Position numbers and translations under genes: made by a program | Shown: positions 59,045-64,000 of the stretch, piece after piece | Numbering within the stretch: the first letter of the stretch is position 1 | Layout: every line of letters starts with the position of its first letter | Notes under the pieces: generated by a model | What the model was told of the DNA's origin: nothing | Databases searched by the model: none | The model's input: the letters and a program-made list of their open reading frames with translations, nothing else | DNA from: Bacteroidales bacterium | GTDB lineage: Bacteria; Bacteroidota; Bacteroidia; Bacteroidales; CAIWKO01 | Length of the DNA: 64,000 bases | NCBI GenBank assembly: GCA_035389045.1 | Contig: DAOORA010000010.1 | Span: forward strand, 1-64,000 | Reading direction: 5' to 3'

Positions 59045-59241
59045 GAGACAAATTTATAGAAAATTTCTATCGGCCGATAGTTTTTGTTTATTTTTTAATG
59101 ATGGCCGGCTGTCTTTGTATAGTTGGCACTATCGGTATAGGCGACCCGATTCAGCAGAACTTGACTCATATATGCATTTGTGAGAGAGGCACTCCGGAGG
59201 GTATATTTATTCACCAGCTGTCTAACCGATTAAAAGCTAAT

Positions 59242-60810
59242 TTATTGTTTTATAATTTTAAATGTCTGTTTGAAGTTTTCGCAAATGCTTATTAAATACA
59301 AACCATTTGTAAGACCTGAAATATCAATTTCAGAGTTTTCATTCATCAGCTGTCCTGTAAGAATTATCTGTCCATAAATATCTTTGATGTTATAAAATGT
59401 CCCGGTCGTGTTTCGATTTAGCCGAATGTTTATCATGGTTGTTGCCGGATTGGGATAAATTGAAATATTTTCATGAATTTTTGTGTTATCAATGTCCGTA
59501 ATGATGTTGCCTAATTTAACCACCCAATAATCATCACTTCCTAAATGATTTCCGGAAACATCTCCATCATTGGAAGCAGAAAAGCCGGCAAAGACACATC
59601 CCCCATCGGAGGTTTGACGCACAGACCATGCCTGCTCCCAGCCTGTGCCCCCGAAAGATCGTTGCCATTGCAATGTTCCAGCGCTGTCCAGTTTCACCAG
59701 CCAGCAATCCCATGAGCCATGATTACCTGTCACATCACCATCATTGGAGTTTGAATATCCGGCAACAATATAACCGCCGTCACTTGTCTGCTGCACAGAA
59801 TACGCTTCATCATCACTGGAGCCGCCGAAAGATTTTTCCCATTCTATGTTGAGTGCCACGCTCAGCTTAACAACCCAGTAATCTTCCCCTCCGTGATTAC
59901 CAGAAATATTGTTATCCGTCGGCCCATTGGTTCCGGCAACGACGAACCCGCCATCTGCCGTCTGCTGAGCAGAAAACGCATAATTATCACTGGAATCTCC
60001 CAGACAGAAGGACCATTGTATGTTCCCTGTGCTGTATAGTTTTACAAGCCAACAATCGCTGGTTATATAATAGTTGCCCATATTATTTTGAGGAACATTA
60101 CCATTATTATCTGAAAACGTCGAGGCGGCCAGAATATATCCCCCGTCGGATGTTTGCTGAATTGACCAGCCATATTCAGAGTCATTACCACCAAGTGCCT
60201 TTTGCCACTGCAGGGTCCCAAGGCTGTCGAGTTTCGTTACCCATGCGTCTGTACTTCCATGGTTGCCAGTCACGTCACCATCCGTTGAGTAGGAGTAACC
60301 GGCTATAATATATCCCTTGTCCGACGTTTGCCTGACAGATCGCGCCTCGTCATAACTTGATCCGCCCAACGCTTTTTGCCACTGGAGCGTTCCCAGATCG
60401 TCGAGTTTCACCACCCAGAAATCATAACCATGGTTACCTGTCACATCCAATCCGTTAGTTTCGCTTTCTCCTGCAACAATGTAACCCCCGTCTATGGTCT
60501 GTTGAACAGAATAAGCATTGTCTGCGCCAAGGCCTCCAAAAGTTTTTTGCCATTCTATCGTTCCCAGGTTGTTCAGCTTTACTACCCAATATTTGTTGGT
60601 ATAGGATACTCCTGTTAAATCACCGTCAGTTGAGCGGGCATTTCCAGCAACAATATATCCTCCGTCAGAAGTTTGTTGAACTGAATATGCACGGTCTTGA
60701 TTGGATCCTCCCAACGATTTTTGCCATTGTATGGGAGGTTGAGCACTAACTGAAAGACATGGAATGAGCAAAAATAAAAATGAAATAATTTGCAGATAAG
60801 ACTTTCTCAT
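59242..60810 (-). CDS. T9SS cargo with ~7 beta-propeller-like repeats
   Basis: Repeats WQKxxGG..AYSVQQTSDGGYIVAG..DGDVTGNHG..WVVKL; CTD IYPNP..NGLY..FKIIKQ. Confidence 0.88.
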   Translation of the reverse strand: MRKSYLQIISFLFLLIPCLSVSAQPPIQWQKSLGGSNQDRAYSVQQTSDGGYIVAGNARSTDGDLTGVSYTNKYWVVKLNNLGTIEWQKTFGGLGADNAYSVQQTIDGGYIVAGESETNGLDVTGNHGYDFWVVKLDDLGTLQWQKALGGSSYDEARSVRQTSDKGYIIAGYSYSTDGDVTGNHGSTDAWVTKLDSLGTLQWQKALGGNDSEYGWSIQQTSDGGYILAASTFSDNNGNVPQNNMGNYYITSDCWLVKLYSTGNIQWSFCLGDSSDNYAFSAQQTADGGFVVAGTNGPTDNNISGNHGGEDYWVVKLSVALNIEWEKSFGGSSDDEAYSVQQTSDGGYIVAGYSNSNDGDVTGNHGSWDCWLVKLDSAGTLQWQRSFGGTGWEQAWSVRQTSDGGCVFAGFSASNDGDVSGNHLGSDDYWVVKLGNIITDIDNTKIHENISIYPNPATTMINIRLNRNTTGTFYNIKDIYGQIILTGQLMNENSEIDISGLTNGLYLISICENFKQTFKIIKQ

Positions 60811-60863
60811 GGTTGTAATCTTTATATTTTGACATCAAAAAATTCAAAATTCAAAACACTTGC

Positions 60864-62666
60864 TTAATGTATCAACTTCAGGATCAGGCAACCGGATTCA
60901 TTTATGCCTGAAAAGTCTAACTTGACCGAGTACATTCCTGATGGCAGATATTTAGATGAGAATACCGTTGAATGCCTGCCGCGGACCTGGGTTTCATTGA
61001 TTAATTCAAATAAAATTCCTCCGATTACGTTATATATCCTGAGTTTTACTTTTCCGTCTTCCGGGATGCTATAGGTTAGGGTAGCTTCATCGCTGACCGG
61101 GTTGGGATAGGCGGCAAATTCAAATCCGTCCTCATGTATGGTGCCCTGCACAAAGACCCTGGGCATCATGAGACGGGCGTCTTGATTTTCTTCGCCATAG
61201 CGGTTACCCACAATACCTGTGCCCGCAAGCACAAAATCAAGTTCACCGGGAGGCATATCTTTTACCGGGCGAAAACCCAGCCTGATCATTTCGTCGCCGG
61301 CAGCCACATCAAAATAGCTGGTCGTGGCGTATACCACCCTGATCACTCCGTCTTCGTCGGTCACCAGCAGGTCATTGTCGTTAGCTATGATCTCCTCCAG
61401 GGTAGGGTTGATCTTCACTGCCTTGTTTTTGCCGCCGGCTTTCGGCATGGAGGCGCTGACCAGCCTGAATTCATCCGCGAGATAACTCAATTCAAGGCCC
61501 ATGGCAGAGAACTCATCCATTTTGGAGCTGATGCACAACGGCACTTCAAAATAGGTCCGGTCGCCGGTGGTGATATATTCATCCGAAACGGCGATAATAT
61601 TTTCAGGTATGAATTTAGCCATACTCCAGTTCACTAATGAATCACGGTACCTGGAGCTGGAAGCGTTGTAGTCGCCGTAACATATTGTTTTCAGCGCTAT
61701 GTTAAGGTCTGCGCCGGCAACAATGACAAGGGTATCCAATGCCACCCAGTTACCTTTGGGGAAGTTCCGGGTTACATTGTACGGTGCGCCGATCTTGGCT
61801 TTAATTCTGGAGATATCGATGGCATTGATAGCCGTGCTGTTATCCACATCACCGGCTTTCTTATATTTTGCCGAAAAACATCTTGACGGGTCCGCAACGG
61901 AATCGGCGCCAATGAAATATTTCAGCAACGTAATGTCTATGGCATCGATGCCGTTGCCCCACTGCATAGAATCAACGGTATATTTGTCGTACGACAGCAT
62001 ATAGATCCCATCCGTAACATGATCGAACTGGAAATTTCCGGAAGCATCACTGGTATCCCTTGCCAGTTCATCGTTTGCCGGGAAGTTTTTAAGGATTACG
62101 ATCACCTGGCCGATAGTGTATATATCGGAATCATAAGAAGGAAAATTACCATAAGTGCCTGACAAGGCTTTGCCTGCATAACGTGTTTTTCCGGATATGA
62201 TAAATTCCGTACCTGTAAGTACCACTATTGTTCCTCCTGATGTAGTCGTTCCGCATGATCCGTAAGCTATCACCTCGTAATCAAATGTACCGGATACCAC
62301 CGGAATACCGTTTATGGTAATGATACCTGAAGCCCAGGTAAATACTACACCGGCAGGTAAACCGGTAACTAAAGCCGCAGTGGCTCCTGTGACCGAATAT
62401 GTAGTGGTAGTGACGGGCGTATTGATCAATACCGTTTGTGTGCCTCCGGGGGTAGGTGTGATCTGTGCCGGCACTGCAAATGCTTCCGGACTTATCTGTG
62501 CATATCCGCCCACCTGGTAACCACCGGCAGGACTACAACAGCCTGATTTCTGGCCAAGGGCATCAATACTCAAAACAGCAATAAAAATTAGTGTGCAGAA
62601 TAGTTCTGCAAATCTTTGAATATTCATATTCAGGGATTTAACATGTACAAATTTTGATTTTTTCAT
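60864..62666 (-). CDS. T9SS cargo with Ig-like, dockerin-like and cohesin-like segments
   Basis: GLPAGV Ig repeat; duplicated IDAIDI..LK / GDVDNSTAINAIDI..IK; FEVPL..MGLELSY..GVIRVVY; CTD AYPNP..LPSGMY. Start likely 62666 or 62627. Confidence 0.72.
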   Translation of the reverse strand: MKKSKFVHVKSLNMNIQRFAELFCTLIFIAVLSIDALGQKSGCCSPAGGYQVGGYAQISPEAFAVPAQITPTPGGTQTVLINTPVTTTTYSVTGATAALVTGLPAGVVFTWASGIITINGIPVVSGTFDYEVIAYGSCGTTTSGGTIVVLTGTEFIISGKTRYAGKALSGTYGNFPSYDSDIYTIGQVIVILKNFPANDELARDTSDASGNFQFDHVTDGIYMLSYDKYTVDSMQWGNGIDAIDITLLKYFIGADSVADPSRCFSAKYKKAGDVDNSTAINAIDISRIKAKIGAPYNVTRNFPKGNWVALDTLVIVAGADLNIALKTICYGDYNASSSRYRDSLVNWSMAKFIPENIIAVSDEYITTGDRTYFEVPLCISSKMDEFSAMGLELSYLADEFRLVSASMPKAGGKNKAVKINPTLEEIIANDNDLLVTDEDGVIRVVYATTSYFDVAAGDEMIRLGFRPVKDMPPGELDFVLAGTGIVGNRYGEENQDARLMMPRVFVQGTIHEDGFEFAAYPNPVSDEATLTYSIPEDGKVKLRIYNVIGGILFELINETQVRGRHSTVFSSKYLPSGMYSVKLDFSGINESGCLILKLIH

Positions 62667-62683
62667 GGCATATTTTTTTAAAC

Positions 62684-64000
62684 TCATGGAGTTACACACT
62701 TTCCTTTTTTTGTATCGTCCTTCCATGCGCCGTTCACGCATTTCTGGCGTTCCCAAATTGTTCGTTTCCCTTTTACTTTTTTCTTTGTTGTTTTTGTAGT
62801 CACCACCTGTACCCATCTTGTTTCACCCTCTGCGTTTTCTTGTTCTTGGTAAGAGGTAGAACTCTCAGTTATGTTCTTTGTTACATAACAATCTTCTTTA
62901 TATGTCCGTATCGGATTAATCTGGTTTTCCACACAACTTGGTGCCGGCTCATACACAAGGTCTATCACAGCTACAGTAAGGGCTACGCCCGCAACCACCA
63001 CTCCGGCAATAACCCAGAACAGATCGCCATTGGGATCCACCCTGATTATCGGGTTATTACCAACATAACCATAACCGTTTCCGATATTTATTTCATCAAG
63101 CCATATACCTACGGGATCCCGTTGCAGAAATCTTCCCCATAAAGGGTTATATGTTCGCGCTCTATAATAATAGTACCCGGTTTCCGCGTCGTATTCCCTG
63201 CCGGTAAACATATAAGTATTGCCAATCGCCGTGGCACTTCTTGGCACATAAGAGGCGTCATATATTGAGATGTTGCCGTAACCATCATATTCATACCGTT
63301 CTGTAACGCTTCCGGTAACATCGGTAACGGCCGACACAGAGCCCAGCACATTCTGATGGTAAAAATAATCGGTACCGCTGCGTCTCATGTGCAGGATATC
63401 ATCCAGTTGTGTTCCGTAGACATAGGTGGCCTGCACCACATCGGTGGCATTGCGTTCTTCAATGACCTTTTTTTTGTCGAAGTAATAGTTGACCGTTCCT
63501 CCGGGAGTCACTTTACGGATTCTTCTTCCCAGGGCGTCGTATGTATAAGTGGCTGTTGCTCCGCCATCTACAGTGAGCAGGCGGTTCTCAAAATCGTAGG
63601 TAAAGGTGTGTGTGCCGTCGGCAAGGGTATTTCCGTCGGCATCGTAGGTCGGATTGATAATGGTGCCAGAGTTTATGGCTGTGTATTCGTTCAGTGAATT
63701 TACTGTATATGTTGTGTTTATACCGTCTTTCACCGTAGTAGTCCTGTTCAGCACTCCGTCGTAATTATATTGGGTTTGGGTAAGCGGTGATGGGATGTTT
63801 CCGCCTGCCAGGGTTCCTTCTTTATAGGTGATCAGCCAATTATCCGGATTGTAAATATATTGTTCGGAGTTAGCCGGATGATGCGACTTTTGGGCTGTGA
63901 GTATATTACCTTCATTATCAATGGTATAATTGAACCCTGCGATATTGGGTGGAAGGGTGCCGCTTGAGTTATGTGTCAATGCTGTCATCTGGTCATTATT
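62684..64000 (-). CDS. RHS/YD-repeat protein, C-terminal part (5' end outside the window)
   Basis: YD repeats, FTGREYDAETGYYYYRARTY, GRFLQRDP, YVGNNPI.RVDPNG core end. Confidence 0.92.
   Translation of the reverse strand, partial: NNDQMTALTHNSSGTLPPNIAGFNYTIDNEGNILTAQKSHHPANSEQYIYNPDNWLITYKEGTLAGGNIPSPLTQTQYNYDGVLNRTTTVKDGINTTYTVNSLNEYTAINSGTIINPTYDADGNTLADGTHTFTYDFENRLLTVDGGATATYTYDALGRRIRKVTPGGTVNYYFDKKKVIEERNATDVVQATYVYGTQLDDILHMRRSGTDYFYHQNVLGSVSAVTDVTGSVTERYEYDGYGNISIYDASYVPRSATAIGNTYMFTGREYDAETGYYYYRARTYNPLWGRFLQRDPVGIWLDEINIGNGYGYVGNNPIIRVDPNGDLFWVIAGVVVAGVALTVAVIDLVYEPAPSCVENQINPIRTYKEDCYVTKNITESSTSYQEQENAEGETRWVQVVTTKTTKKKVKGKRTIWERQKCVNGAWKDDTKKGKCVTP

Noticed and set aside
59500..60740. 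DNA-level repeats in the 522-aa T9SS gene as a diversity-generating or recombination array
   Set aside because: Explained by ordinary protein propeller repeats; no reverse transcriptase or adenine-specific variation was seen.

Overview
A chromosomal window from a Bacteroidota bacterium, probably an anaerobic Bacteroidales-like lineage. Support: a T9SS PorP/PorE-type pair, several T9SS cargo proteins and TAnnTTTG promoter boxes. No rRNA, tRNA, CRISPR array or intact transposase was seen. Main blocks: (1) envelope and housekeeping genes (0-11 kb); (2) a GH18-deacetylase-GT2 fusion, a stand-alone gene resembling a bacterial gasdermin with no neighbouring protease, and ccsBA cytochrome c maturation genes; (3) an AbiEii-type nucleotidyltransferase/DUF6922 pair embedded in five copies of a ~126-bp palindrome-rich repeat; (4) AT-rich T9SS cargo genes next to an attC-like site; (5) a Crp/Fnr-controlled dsrE-tusA-mvhD-hdrA-hdrA-qmoC-like-osmC-rhodanese redox/sulfur operon, interrupted twice by GxxExxY genes that are each bracketed by inverted repeats; (6) an MbnH/OprC-like TonB receptor/MbnP copper module; (7) a synthase-dependent exopolysaccharide operon; (8) a sigma54-driven triple-thioredoxin operon; (9) a NotI-family restriction-modification pair between degenerate attC-like hairpins; (10) T9SS cargo genes and a truncated RHS gene. 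The best candidates for undescribed biology are the inverted-repeat-flanked GxxExxY cassettes with their solo heptamer arrays, the orphan Cys-less gasdermin-like gene, and the repeat-embedded toxin-antitoxin cassette. All family calls come from motif recognition by eye; no searches were run.
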